DNA of 63,660 nucleotides, the filler included, from Octopus bimaculoides (lineage: Eukaryota), in NCBI RefSeq assembly GCF_001194135.2. It is 7 parts of 5 records of this genome, joined end to end, with 100 filler letters (N's around TTAATTAATTAA, not from the genome) between each part and the next. Parts side by side here need not be neighbours in the genome. Positions count along the whole stretch, not along the records: positions 1 to 12,520 come from NC_069004.1; positions 12,621 to 21,251 come from NC_068988.1; 5 more parts are not named here. The stretch is one strand, 5' to 3'. This document shows, one piece after another, positions 11,101 through 21,351 of this stretch. A program made the position numbers and the translations under genes. The notes under the pieces were generated by a model. That model did no database searches, was not told the DNA's origin, and was given only the letters and a program-made list of their open reading frames with translations. Position 1 is the stretch's first letter. Every line of letters starts with the position of its first letter.

Positions 11101-11499
11101 CCGATTTCCCTATCCCAACAAAAGAAAAAAAAATTCAAATTTGATTGCTTACGATAATTTTCCACTTTCAATTTTTGATCACAAACCGATACAATATCGA
11201 CAAAACACAATGCCTGTAAATGCGATTCCATCATCGAGGTGGGTGGTACTAAAACGAATCTTCTATCAACACAGCCAGAAGCACTTCAAGACAAAACACG
11301 CCCATTCTACACCAACTTTCAATATACCACAATTAAATAATCAAGAGTAAAATATATATTTTCTTTCAGACACAAGGTTAATGCTTCAGTCAGGCAAACT
11401 TACCTCAGTTTCAAATTTATCCAGCGTTTGCATATCACTTTTAATAGCGGCAAGGTTTGCCTCGGTCCTCTCGCTTCCATAGTGAATGGTGGCTGCCAT
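1722..11499 (-). CDS. COMMD7: COMM domain-containing protein 7 (Commander/CCC complex subunit), 9 coding exons, 618 nt, 205 aa
   Basis: Exons 11404-11499, 7825-7878, 6533-6635, 5452-5508, 4471-4508, 3594-3684, 2925-2974, 2439-2490 and 1722-1798 are all flanked by GT-AG and join in frame: MAATIHYGSERTEANLAAIKSDMQTLDKFETEQFSQLVQMMFAFLLDPNKSSQLFTQLETFAEENGANFTALKSVFKSLITIPNDALRRGVAPATFQEELISLGLSQEKAEYLTEQWKKNMASLSATALGQTLMVNQLVDMDWKFGVTLSSSELSKVGNTFIQLKLVVSNGKGELNTIYMELSLQQFYSFLHEMERAKASMEMLS*. The C-terminal GQTLMVNQLVDMDWKFGV...SSEL.KVG..F.QLKLVV...EL.L.QFYSFLHEMER matches vertebrate COMMD7 as I recall it. Confidence 0.96.
2120..2341. mobile_element. piggyBac-type MITE in COMMD7 intron 8 (222 bp)
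   Basis: TTAA|CCCTTTAGTAT at the left end and ATGCTAAAGGG|TTGA at the right: CCC-ended TIRs with a TTAA-like target duplication. Confidence 0.7.
2439..2490 (-). CDS. COMMD7: COMMD7 exon 8 (LKLVVSNGKGELNTIYM)
   Basis: ttcctttcag| acceptor, TGG|gtgagt donor, 52 nt. Confidence 0.95.
2540..2850. repeat. Degenerate GA-rich tandem repeat filling most of COMMD7 intron 7
   Basis: Reiterated gagagggaaacagtgagaga-type units. Confidence 0.85.
2925..2974 (-). CDS. COMMD7: COMMD7 exon 7 (VTLSSSELSKVGNTFIQ)
   Basis: tttcttgttgccag| acceptor, CAG|gtaaga donor, 50 nt. Confidence 0.96.
3594..3684 (-). CDS. COMMD7: COMMD7 exon 6 (WKKNMASLSATALGQTLMVNQLVDMDWKFG), start of COMM domain
   Basis: atgtttgtgtag| acceptor, GAG|gtaagg donor, 91 nt; COMM-domain L.D.DWK motif. 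Confidence 0.96.
3765..3965 (+). mobile_element. RTE-type 3' tail module (family T), ending in (GAT)n; further copies 6815-6980 (-), 7322-7515 (+), 44280-44455 (+), 46060-46380 (-), 47480-47875 (+), 49090-49545 (+)
   Basis: Shared ggaagggcatccagc...agaaac core. Most copies continue caaaccgtccaacccatgc-agcatggaa...gttaaacgatgatgat. The same module follows the RTE ORF2 fragments at 47.4 and 49.1 kb. Confidence 0.75.
4166..4425. mobile_element. hAT (Charlie-like) MITE in COMMD7 intron 5 (260 bp)
   Basis: TIRs CAGTGGTTTCCTAAC and reverse complement CAGAGGTTCTCATC; 8-bp target duplication CCCTAAAC (4158-4165) / CCCTAAAT (4426-4433). Confidence 0.8.
4471..4508 (-). CDS. COMMD7: COMMD7 exon 5 (GLSQEKAEYLTEQ)
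   Basis: tgttcattgcag| acceptor, CAG|gtaaat donor, 38 nt, phase 1 to 0. Confidence 0.94.
5452..5508 (-). CDS. COMMD7: COMMD7 exon 4 (DALRRGVAPATFQEELISL)
   Basis: ttctttgtccag| acceptor, TTG|gtaaat donor, 57 nt, phase 1 to 1. Confidence 0.93.
5558..5785 (+). mobile_element. SINE family A copy in COMMD7 intron 3 (CpG-decayed)
   Basis: Same module as 8891-9063, with most CG replaced by TG/CA. Confidence 0.85.
6047..6400 (-). mobile_element. SINE family B copy in COMMD7 intron 3
   Basis: Reverse complement of the module at 36323-36745. Confidence 0.85.
6533..6635 (-). CDS. COMMD7: COMMD7 exon 3 (SSQLFTQLETFAEENGANFTALKSVFKSLITIPN)
   Basis: gtttttcggttag| acceptor, ATG|gtaagt donor, 103 nt, phase 0 to 1. 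Confidence 0.93.
6670..6810 (-). mobile_element. SINE family A 3' half in COMMD7 intron 2
   Basis: Reverse complement aligns to 5664-5785. Confidence 0.8.
7825..7878 (-). CDS. COMMD7: COMMD7 exon 2 (QFSQLVQMMFAFLLDPNK)
   Basis: tttattttacag| acceptor, AAG|gtaagc donor, 54 nt. Confidence 0.93.
8270..8480 (-). mobile_element. SINE family B 3' half in COMMD7 intron 1
   Basis: catttgactgcggccatgctgg...gcctggtacttattct...aagttac...aaaccaacac. Confidence 0.75.
8891..9063 (+). mobile_element. SINE family A, CpG-intact reference copy
   Basis: ggcggtgagctggcagaaacg...gaattcaaattccgccgaagtcgac...aaaatttcgggccttgtgcct. Confidence 0.85.
10740..11090 (-). mobile_element. SINE family B full copy in COMMD7 intron 1
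   Basis: Reverse complement of the 36323-36745 module with a short central TA/CA linker. Confidence 0.85.
11404..11499 (-). CDS. COMMD7: COMMD7 coding exon 1 (MAATIHYGSERTEANLAAIKSDMQTLDKFETE)
   Basis: ATG in caagATGGcagcc context; 96 nt; donor GAG|gtaagt; phase 0. Confidence 0.88.
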
Positions 11500-11561
11500 C
11501 TTGCTTCTGCTACCGAGAGCTCACGTGACACAATTCTTGGACGACTACACTCACAGTAGTC
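11490..11561 (-). promoter_or_regulatory. COMMD7 proximal promoter/5' UTR motifs: YY1-like AAGATGGC over the ATG, E-box GTCACGTGAG (11520-11529), inverted repeat GACTAC-N7-GTAGTC (11543-11561)
   Basis: Motifs read directly from the sequence. Their function is inferred from housekeeping/endolysosomal promoter consensus (YY1, CLEAR GTCACGTGAC, ZNF143-type ACTACA). Confidence 0.5.
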
Positions 11562-12179
11562 TCCCCTGATATTTATACACTTTTTTTTTCCTTTCTCTCG
11601 AAGAAGTTGTTTCTATGTGGTCGTTTCATATGCCAGAAATAAAAGCTAAATTCTTTCAAGTTATACCTTATTATCTCTCTACTTCACCGAAAAAAAGAAA
11701 GAGAAAGATATGTAACACATTCACAATTAAATTTTGTAAAAGAATCGTTTTAGTAATTGGTATAAAAAAACTATATATTTAGATTTTAAGATGTTTCAGT
11801 CGTTGGATTACGAGAGAGAGAGAGAAAGAGGGGGGGCAGGGAGAGACAGAGTCAGACAGCTTGACAGACAGACAGACAGACAAGCAGACAGCTGGGTCAA
11901 GAGACAAAAACAGAAACGCCCCCCTCCCCGGACAGACAGTTAAAAAGACAGACAGACTGACACAGAGATGGACCGACAGGTGAGCAGAGAAGGGCACAGA
12001 TAGAAAGAAAGAGAGACAGACAGACAGAGAGGTCAAGAGACGAACAGAGATAGGAAGTGAGACAGAGAGACAGACACATGTGCAGAGAGATTAAAGGAAA
12101 ATTGAGAAAGACAACTCTCTATAGAAATAGATAAATATACAGTGACATCTGTTTGTCTATCCCTGTGTCTGTATAGCTG

Positions 12180-12354
12180 ACTGTCTATCTATCTCTCTAT
12201 CTATCTATCTGTTTATTTATCTATCTGTCTGTCTGCCTATCTATCTGTCTGTCTATCTATCTATCTATCTAACTCTCTATCTATCTGTGTCTATCTATCT
12301 ATCTCTCTATCTATCTATCTATCTATCTGTTTATTTATCTATCTGTCTGTCTGC

Positions 12355-12396
<42 letters not shown>

Positions 12397-12399
12397 GTG

Positions 12400-12437
<38 letters not shown>

Positions 12438-12444
12438 CATCTAC

Positions 12445-12482
<38 letters not shown>

Positions 12483-12520
12483 CTTTTTGTGTCTCTCTGT
12501 CTCTCTTTCTCCCTATATAT
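12180..12520. repeat. (TCTA)n/(TCTG)n microsatellite
   Basis: Direct read. Confidence 0.95.
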
Positions 12521-12620
12521 NNNNNNNNNNNNNNNNNNNNNNNNNNNNNNNNNNNNNNNNNNNNTTAATTAATTAANNNNNNNNNNNNNNNNNNNNNNNN
12601 NNNNNNNNNNNNNNNNNNNN
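12521..12620. other. Artificial 100-nt scaffold spacer N44-TTAATTAATTAA-N44 (also centred at 21296, 43851, 46426, 51998, 61605)
   Basis: An identical palindromic 12-mer, giving TAA in all six frames, is centred in N-runs six times. Confidence 0.9.
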
Positions 12621-12649
<29 letters not shown>

Positions 12650-12659
<10 letters not shown>

Positions 12660-12830
12660 CTGTCTGTTTCTGTGTTTGTCCCCCAGTAGAGCCTAGCAAT
12701 CGGTGTTGGTTTGTTTACGTCCCTGTAAGTTCGCGGTACGGCAAAAGATACCGGAATAATAAGTACCAGGCTTTAAAAAAAGAAACTAAACTGGGGTCGA
12801 TTCAATCGACAAATATTCCTTAAAGGCAAT
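12650..12830 (+). mobile_element. SINE family B 3' half
   Basis: gtctgtttctgtgtttgtccccc...tttacgtccctgtaag...ggcaaaag...aataagtaccaggc...ggggtcgattc. Confidence 0.75.
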
Positions 12831-12859
12831 GTCCCATCATCCTCATCCTCCTCCTCATT

Positions 12860-13380
12860 ATCATCACCAGCATCCGGTCAGGCTTATTGCACAGATCTCC
12901 ATGACTCATATTTTCCAGTCTATTCTGTCTGTCACTGCACGTGGTAAGTCTTCTCGGATGGACTCGGAGTCCTCGTACAGTTGCTTAATGTAGGTTCGAC
13001 GCGGTTTACAAGTATTTGCGTACCCATGCTTCGGTTCCCCAAAAAGAACGACACTGAGGATCTCATCCTTTGCTCTTCAGCAATGTCCAGTGAATATTGT
13101 TTTTCTTTCTCTGATGTGTTATTCGTGGTAAATTGCCATAGAGAAGTTTTTTTGTAGGGTGTAATCTCCAGGAAATGTTCAGATCAGCTCGGAGCATTCT
13201 TGGAGATGTTCCATCAATTTTCTTTTCAAGACACTTTGTTATAGACCACGTAGTACATCGATATGGTAGATTATGCTTTTGATTATATTCTGCTTAGTTT
13301 CTGGGGAAAAGCCCCAAAATATTTACAGCATGCAATCTATATTGGCTCATGGATATTATAACTACTCTAGGGACGAATAC
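12860..13380 (-). pseudogene. RTE-clade non-LTR retrotransposon ORF2 3' fragment, disrupted
   Basis: Minus-strand translation includes TKCLEKKIDGTSPRMLRADLNISWRLHPTKKLLYGNLPRIT, the RTE C-terminal region. It ends in a gat/gag-rich tail. Confidence 0.75.
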
Positions 13381-13943
13381 TTGTGTCAAAAAAATAAAAA
13401 AAGAGAAAAGAGAAAAAAAAAATGATAAGTATACACGTATAAATATACGTAAACAACTCTGGATTATGTATGAGCATTTATAACTGCAGCTTTCTTTTTG
13501 TCACTTTTACTAACTCTACTTGTTTATCTGTGCATATGTGCCGGTGTGTATAAATAAATATGTACCTTTGCAAATACATATGTACATGTATGATATATAT
13601 ATATATATGTATGTATATACTTGCGTATACACACGTGCGCACACGCGCGCACATATGTATATATACACACACACGCACAAATATATATTTCTTTATTCTT
13701 TTACATGCTTCAGCCCTGAGGCACCGCCAGTGAATATAGATATATATTTGTGTGTATGTGTGTGTGTGTACGCGCTCGCGTGTGTGTGTGTGTACGCGCG
13801 CGTGTGTGTTGGTGGGGGGGGGTGTATATGCATGCATTCGTAGAGTTATTCATCAATTGTACAAGTAGTTGTATATGTGTGTGTGTGACGATGTTTCACT
13901 CAAGTCAGAATTCGAAGAATTCGACTGAACGAAACCAAGGAAG

Positions 13944-14007
<64 letters not shown>

Positions 14008-15535
14008 CTTTTTGTGCCCATAAACATTGTATGTAAGTGTGTGTGTGCATGTATTTATGGAAACTGTCAAATAATTTAATCGTAAATTCCAAAGATTACG
14101 AAATAATGTTTTAACAATTACCCTTTTGTGACTGAAAAATGGTTATTGTTTTCGGAAAAGAAATAAAGACATGTGGAAGATTTCTAATTTCGATTAACGG
14201 CTTGGTGCCACAAATCTTTTGAATAAGCACATGTATAAATCCTAGATAACATCTCAAAAGATTTCGTATCTAGAAGCGAAAATAAACTATAAAACCCCCC
14301 AAAGAAAACGAAAGCAAAAAATGAAGAAAGGAAAATAACAAATAAAAGATTTTCGCTTTTTATATGATACATATGTACAATTAATAAGTCTTTAAGACTA
14401 AAGTTAAGATGGTAATGCAGTGGTGTGGGGATGCTATAAAGTTGTCTTCCAATCTATTTTAAAAGTATATATAGGCAAACAGTTGCTTTTTTCCCCTTGA
14501 TATGGAGGCGAGTATGGTTGATGTAAAGTACGTGAGCTGCTATCACAAATAGCTTACAGATGGATTATGAATTACAGTTCTGCTGTTGGCTTTGCCATTT
14601 GTCTCTTGCTGGATTTACATTTCGTCCTGTAGAAATGCAAGCGATTGATATTATTATTGCCAGCTAAACGCCGAGAAAATCTATCGATCTTTTTTTTTTC
14701 CTAAATATCGACAGTACGGCACGTTCTTAGCAAATAAATGCAATGCTCAATGTTTCATAGTATAGTGTTAAGTTGCTTTATGTGGTAAGTGCGATAAGTT
14801 TAATTAATCTAGAATGTTCTTGCATCGAAGTGTGACAAACATAGTTAAACGATGCCTAGCACAACCAACAAAAGCAATGACCGTGGTAACTCAATATATG
14901 TGTTTATATACATATATAATGAGTTTGCGTAGTAGAGTCATAATTATTACATATAGACTGACACAATCAGATGTAAAGGATACTATGATTTTTTGCAGCG
15001 ACAGCGCAAATTCTAACAATTTTTTTTTGTTATATACGAGCTTCGCAATATCTCACTAATTCACTTTACATAATTTCGAATAGAGAGGTGATCCTTGAAA
15101 AATAATTTAACGAATGGAAGTAATAATGGCGAAATATACTTGTCTTATGTTCAATGATTAGATTGTGTTAATAGAGTAACTTTAATCTTCTGAGTACAAA
15201 AAAATTAATTATATANNNNNNNNNNNNNNNNNNNNNNNNNNNNNNNNNNNNNNNNNNNNNNNNNNNNNNNNNNNNNNNNNNNNNNNNNNNNNNNNNNNNN
15301 NNNNNNNNNNNNNNNNNNNNNNNNNNNNNNNNNNNNNNNNNNNNNNNNNNNNNNNNNNNNNNNNNNNNNNNNNNNNNNNNNNNNNNNNNNNNNNNNNNNN
15401 NNNNNNNNNNNNNNNNNNNNNNNNNNNNNNNNNNNNNNNNNNNNNNNNNNNNNNNNNNNNNNNNNNNNNNNNNNNNNNNNNNNNNNNNNNNNNNNNNNNN
15501 NNNNNNNNNNNNNNNNNNNNNNNNNNNNNNNNNNN

Positions 15536-16269
15536 TTCTGTATCCGAGCCGAGGACATTCTGCGATTCGTAGTGGATCTCGACAACGGTATTAAAACGGC
15601 AACTGTTGTGCTGCATTTTCATCGTGGGGAAGAGAAGGAAGCCCGGAGCTGCTAAAATTTGCGAATAGGGTGGGTGCAGAAGCGAAACCGAATTGTTTTT
15701 GAGGAGAAACTCACGAGTGAGGAGAGCTCAGTAACAGGATGGCCTCTCTCAAGCGCTTCAAAACGGCGCTGTTAAACTCTCGATTGACGGTTTAGCCCTA
15801 GGTGATGCTCGTGGCATATCTTGCAGATCGCTCATCATCTTCTAGGGACTTTCTTCCGCTTTTGAAGCACCCGTGCCACTCGAAACATTGTGTACGACCC
15901 ATTTCCTTGATGCCGTAAGCTTACCGAAGCATATTCAATGTCTTTGTAGCAGAGGTCCCAAGTTTAACGCAAAATTTCGCGTTGGCTCATTGTTCCAAAT
16001 TTCTATTCATGAGAACATCGCAGACTACAGAATACAGGTGACCACAAAAAAAAAAAAAGAAAACATAAGAAGTAAACACAGCTGTGTTACNNNNNNNNNN
16101 GGTGACCACAAAAAAAAAAAAAGAAAACATAAGAAGTAAACACAGCTGTGTTACTCGAAACACTGCCTAGTGAAGGTCACTGCAAGCTCTCACTGCGCAC
16201 GCAACTATGTGCTGCCATCTGTCGGTGCCCAACAGGACTAGTCCGGAAACTTTTTGATACCAGCTCGTG
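15536..16269 (-). mobile_element. Internally deleted Tc1/mariner transposon (pseudogene); its 3' end runs into a gap
   Basis: Minus strand reads NLEQ*ANAKFCVKLGTSATKTLNMLR*AYGIKEMGRTQCFEWHGCFKSGRKSLEDDERS (mariner HTH), jumps to TVNREFNSAVLKRLREAI, then LHPPYSQILAAPGFLLFP (degenerate YSPDLAP). TIR-like cacgagctggtatcaaaaagtttccggac at 16241-16269. Confidence 0.88.
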
Positions 16270-16702
16270 TGTGTATACACACACACACACACACACACAC
16301 ACGTACACATACACACACACACAGACATACACTTATATATACATGACTGATTATCGTTTCTGTCGATCAATTTCCACTCACATACAACATTACTCAAGAG
16401 AACGTTAGCACTGATGGCTGTGCAGTGTAAATCTACATACATGCACATACATATGTGTATACATATACATATATATTATGAATAAATACATACATATATT
16501 ACCTACAAACACTCATGCACATCACTGTCACATACACATTGTCACACACACATACGCACGCACGTGCTCACCCCCACACATATATACAGCACACTGTATA
16601 TGTATGAGTGTGTGTGTGTCCTCCTTCATGTATCAGTGAATTGCAATGACTTGTTAGACATCCTTAAAATAAAAGAGTTTTATTGCGAGTTAATGGCCGC
16701 GG

Positions 16703-16808
<106 letters not shown>

Positions 16809-17379
16809 TAAGAGAGAGAGAAAAAGAGAGGTAGATAGATAGATAGAGAGAGAGGTAGAGAGCAAGCAAAATAGTTTTAGCCTCATACTTGCTCGCGCGT
16901 ACACACATGTTCACACACAGAGGCACACACACACACGTGGAAATAATCCAGTCTATCTGTTTTTGATTTCTAAAATATGACCGACAGTCTTTGTAATTCT
17001 CACCAATAAAACCATGAAATAAATAAGCCGTGATTGAAGATGTTTCATTTAATCACCCCTTTTTATCCGTCATTCTAGGGCTATATTTTTTATTGTATCC
17101 TCCTTTATACTGCGTTGCAAACCGACTAACACCAAATTGTGTTTGTTGTTTTGCCCCAAGTAAATCGTGACCGAGCAAACGCATGATTAAAGTTATTCCA
17201 GTCCATTGTATCTTTCTTTTATGTGAGCTGACAGGGATATTGGCGGTAATTTATACACAATACGTAAGACCTGCTAGCTAGTATTACTCTTTTACTTGTT
17301 CCAGTCATTTGACTGCGGCCATGCCAGAGCACCGCCTTTAGTCGAGCAATATTGTTTAATTTTGTTTTAAATTATGGCA

Positions 17380-17570
17380 CAAGGCTAGTAATTTTACAGA
17401 GGAGTGGGTAAATTTATTACACTAACCAAATGGTACTTATTTTATCGACTCCAAAATGATGTAAGGGAAAGTCGACCTCAACGGACTTTGAACTGAGAAT
17501 GTAAAGACGAACGAAATACGGCTTAGCATTTTCGTCGAAGCGGTAACGATTTTGCCATCTCACCGCCTTA
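17380..17570 (-). mobile_element. SINE family A copy; further copies 22083-22268 (-), 24140-24350 (+), 25030-25097 (-), 31722-31870 (+), 33530-33735 (-), 33912-34112 (-), 40723-41145 (+, two), 41985-42145 (-), 62255-62425 (+), 63060-63265 (+)
   Basis: Each carries gtcgacctcggcggaatttgaactcagaacgtaaagac...gctaagcattt or its complement. Confidence 0.8.
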
Positions 17571-18775
17571 ACTATCTTTTAATATTGGCAAAAAAATACA
17601 AAATATTTTGTCTGGATACAGTTCTTTATAATTGCGATCAGAAACAAAGAGTTAACTCATTAGGAGGAAACGCAATAAATGAAATAACAATGTAACATAT
17701 GAATAAAAACAGTAAAGAAAATACGACATAAAATTTGTTGCGTTTGATATTCATCCGAAGAACACGGAAGGAACTCACTAAACTTGCTTTCAAAACCATG
17801 TGGAATTGATAAAGCACATAGGCTAGTAATTAGAAGCTGATCCATTAAAATTCTCGTTTGATGTAACTATTTATGCTTGATTTCTTCCACATACAGGATG
17901 CTTATACCTAGAAATAAAATGAGATTTTGATAAGCACTCTTATTCATTTTTGATAGAATAGAAAACAACGGTGGCAAATGATGGCAAAAGTAGCGGAGAT
18001 AGTAGAATGTATGCATTCCAGCGGTTGTTTCGTGCCTGTTGAAGTCTGCATTCAAGTAACACTAGACTGTTTTAAGTCTATTCGATTGATTAGATTTTCT
18101 AATGTTATCCACAAATGACTTGGTTTCTCAGGAATACGACTTGGTTTCTTAGGAATACGACTAACGCCAGTAGCTTACAATTGAGGCATATATGTGTGCT
18201 TAGAACGACGTTATTTTGTTGCATGGTACATTTTCAGAAAAGGCTAGAGTCGTTTCCCCTTTCGAAACATTTTTTCGGTAGCATGCAATTAAATATTAAA
18301 CTAAGAAATTCAACCAAAAATGCTGCGTTGATATAATAAAGATACGCGTGCATCACACGCACGCACGCACGCACGCACACACACATACACACACACACAC
18401 GCACACACACGCATACACACACAGAGTCCTGAGTACATACATATTTACATGCATATATATATATCCCTAAAATCCCTAGTCGTCACTTCCATGCGAATAT
18501 AACTTGGTGGCATGTACCATACTTTCGGTAATCGTTTTAGGAGCCTATGTAGTTGCGAGCAGATAAAGGCATCCTCTTGAAAGCAAAAAGATCCAGGATA
18601 TAACAGTTGGCGGAAGAGACAAATGCACCAACGCTCAGCTGCTACAGGGTCCTGGCTGGAAGAACGTGAAATGAAGTGCCTTTCCCAAGGATACAGCTCA
18701 CCGCTCGTTCCTGAAATCGTTCATGAAATCCACGAACTTACAGTCATTATCCCAGCACCTTTGGTCACCAACCTT

Positions 18776-18806
<31 letters not shown>

Positions 18807-19546
18807 TCACCTGCACAAAATAAGTACAGTTATGTGTATTGTTATTGTGTGTGTATATAAGGTCTGAGAAATAACTGTAAATGACTAGAATTCCGGAACA
18901 TGGAAATCTACAAGAAAATTATTTCTGTAAAAGAAAAGGCAAAAATAAAGAAACACTTAACTTTAACATCTGAAGCATCCTTTTTTTTTTAATATCTTCT
19001 TACAATATGCTGTTGCTTTTGTTACTGTTGTAACGTTCCAGCCACAATCATAACAGTGAAGAACATTAAGTAAAATTGAAAAACACCGGTTATCTAAACA
19101 GAACTAACACCAGAAATGCTGCGAATTTGTGAAAATATCGAAATGGAATAAGAATATCATTACCTTAAGAATTTCGTGAAAGCATTTCTCAATAATGTTT
19201 GTAATAGAATGTAAACGAATTTGGATTCATCCTGATTTCGTGTTATATTACCACGAAACGTTGTGTTTTCGGTTGTTTTATGTACCTGTTTTCTCTGAGG
19301 AGTATAAATTCCAACTCAATTTAGAATAATGTTAGACATCCTTTCTTACATTCTGTCTCTATCTTTCGTATGTTTTTGTGTTCAGTGGGAAAATATTACT
19401 CCCGGACATAATTTCAGATTGCTTCATTTTGTGCAGCTTTGACGTAAGCATTTGAAGTTATCTTCTTGCACTATGCACATGTCAACTTTAGTGCAAACCA
19501 GCAAGATAACCGGAAATGTCTGGAAAATGAAGCATTAAGTTGTTGG

Positions 19547-19591
<45 letters not shown>

Positions 19592-20334
19592 ATGTTGAAT
19601 AAGAGAAATTTTCATTTACTCTTTAAAGTTTTACCTACCTTGACTTTACTTGCTTGATAACTTACGAAAAAGGTATAATAGAAAAACATTACAAACGTGG
19701 CAATCCAATCAATATACCGTTAATACTCACACCTAATTGAATAAAAAGAAATATGAACTGAAAGCCAAAAATAAGAATTTCTCAGTGGAATTCCTATGTA
19801 ATATATTTCGAATAACGTAATGAATTATTTTTATGAGAATATTGAGAGAAACAATATTAAGAACAATGTAAACAAGTAATTGATGGATGGTTTCTTGGAA
19901 AATAATCATTTTTCACATTGGCCACAGTCTAGCAAAGTGGAAAGATCAGAGCGTAATTAATTAACTCTACTATTATCTCCATCAGTAATATAACTGGCGA
20001 ATACGAATGGTACCACTATGCATATACATGAAGAAATGCTTTATAAACTATCTCTTTATACTTAAGAATATTGATTTGAAATTCGTTTCGGAAATAGTCC
20101 GAGCATGCAGACTTGATAAGCCGCAACTAAGTCGAAATACCACTCTAATGATCACTTCTGGGTCGATATAGTTTCGCCTCACTCTGATGTATATTGTACT
20201 CTTTAACAGTGTATGACTTTCAAGGTATTTTTCCTTGACGAAGAAACCGTAGCTTGTGGCGTTTAAACAAGACACATGAAGTATTTGGCACTGAAAATAC
20301 TTGCATTAAAACAACACACGAAGATAGGTGGTGT

Positions 20335-20460
20335 AGAAAACAAATAGATGTATTAGTGTAACGCTCGGGAATTGAAAAAGTCTTTAACGTTTCGAGCCTA
20401 CGCTTTTCCGCAGAAATGAACACAGAAAGAAACAAGGAGAGAAAAAATATGTGTAGTGGT
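20335..20460 (-). mobile_element. Penelope-like terminal-repeat remnant with a hammerhead-like motif (second copy 45290-45435)
   Basis: Two near-identical copies in the window. Minus strand of the 45.4 kb copy: cttt-CTGTGGA-A-GAGC-atag-GCTC-GAAAC-GT-T-aaag; the 20.4 kb copy has CTGCGGA-A-AAGC-gtag-GCTC. The Penelope assignment is inferred from the minimal hammerhead layout. Confidence 0.45.
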
Positions 20461-21351
20461 TAGCGATCTATCATATATATANNNNNNNNNNNNNNNNNNN
20501 NNNNNNNNNNNNNNNNNNNNNNNNNNNNNNNNNNNNNNNNNNNNNNNNNNNNNNNNNNNNNNNNNNNNNNNNNNNNNNNNNNNNNNNNNNNNNNNNNNNN
20601 NNNNNNNNNNNNNNNNNNNNNNNNNNNNNNNNNNNNNNNNNNNNNNNNNNNNNNNNNNNNNNNNNNNNNNNNNNNNNNNNNNNNNNNNNNNNNNNNNNNN
20701 NNNNNNNNNNNNNNNNNNNNNNNNNNNNNNNNNNNNNNNNNNNNNNNNNNNNNNNNNTAAATTTATTAATTTATTAATAAATTAATAATTAATCATTTTT
20801 ACCAAGCCCGTCGGTATGTAAGCACCATTATCGGTGAGGAACTTATTTAAAAGTTCTTATACATTTATAACCAAAATTAAGGGATCAGCAACAAGTTGCT
20901 TCACCGCATACCGAAGTTCAGAAATAGCAGCTAACATGCTGAAACTCCAACAGATAGCAATTACCTGCAACTGACATAGGCAAAACAAGAAGAAAAATAA
21001 CGAACTAAACTAGCCATAGTTAATCATATACATGTTTGTGGTTTAGAAGGAAAAACTCTTCATTACCTCATCGGTATGATATTCCAGTTGCAAATTCGAC
21101 GATACTAGCAAATGTGCATGTATGACCGAGCGCCATCATAACAATCGACACAGTTTGAAAGTATCTCCAAACCTACATAGGCGAGCCAGCTCATCATCCC
21201 CTCTCAAGAATTACCATGTGCGTCGCAGGCTATGTATGTATGTATGTATGTNNNNNNNNNNNNNNNNNNNNNNNNNNNNNNNNNNNNNNNNNNNNTTAAT
21301 TAATTAANNNNNNNNNNNNNNNNNNNNNNNNNNNNNNNNNNNNNNNNNNNN

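Noticed and set aside
12565-12576. Recurring TTAATTAATTAA palindrome (six occurrences)
   Set aside because: It always sits in the middle of a roughly 100-nt N spacer (N44 on each side where counted) and gives stops in all six frames. It is a scaffolding spacer, not biology.
13478-14079. Many 60-140 aa ORFs of YI/CV/HT/LS/RE repeats throughout the window
   Set aside because: These are translations of microsatellites.
16037-16154. 54-bp duplication around a 10-N gap
   Set aside because: Same type of overlap artefact.
19357-19519. Minus-strand segment with strong acceptor and gtaaga donor (TFPVILLVCTKVDMC...)
   Set aside because: All three frames contain stops before the donor.
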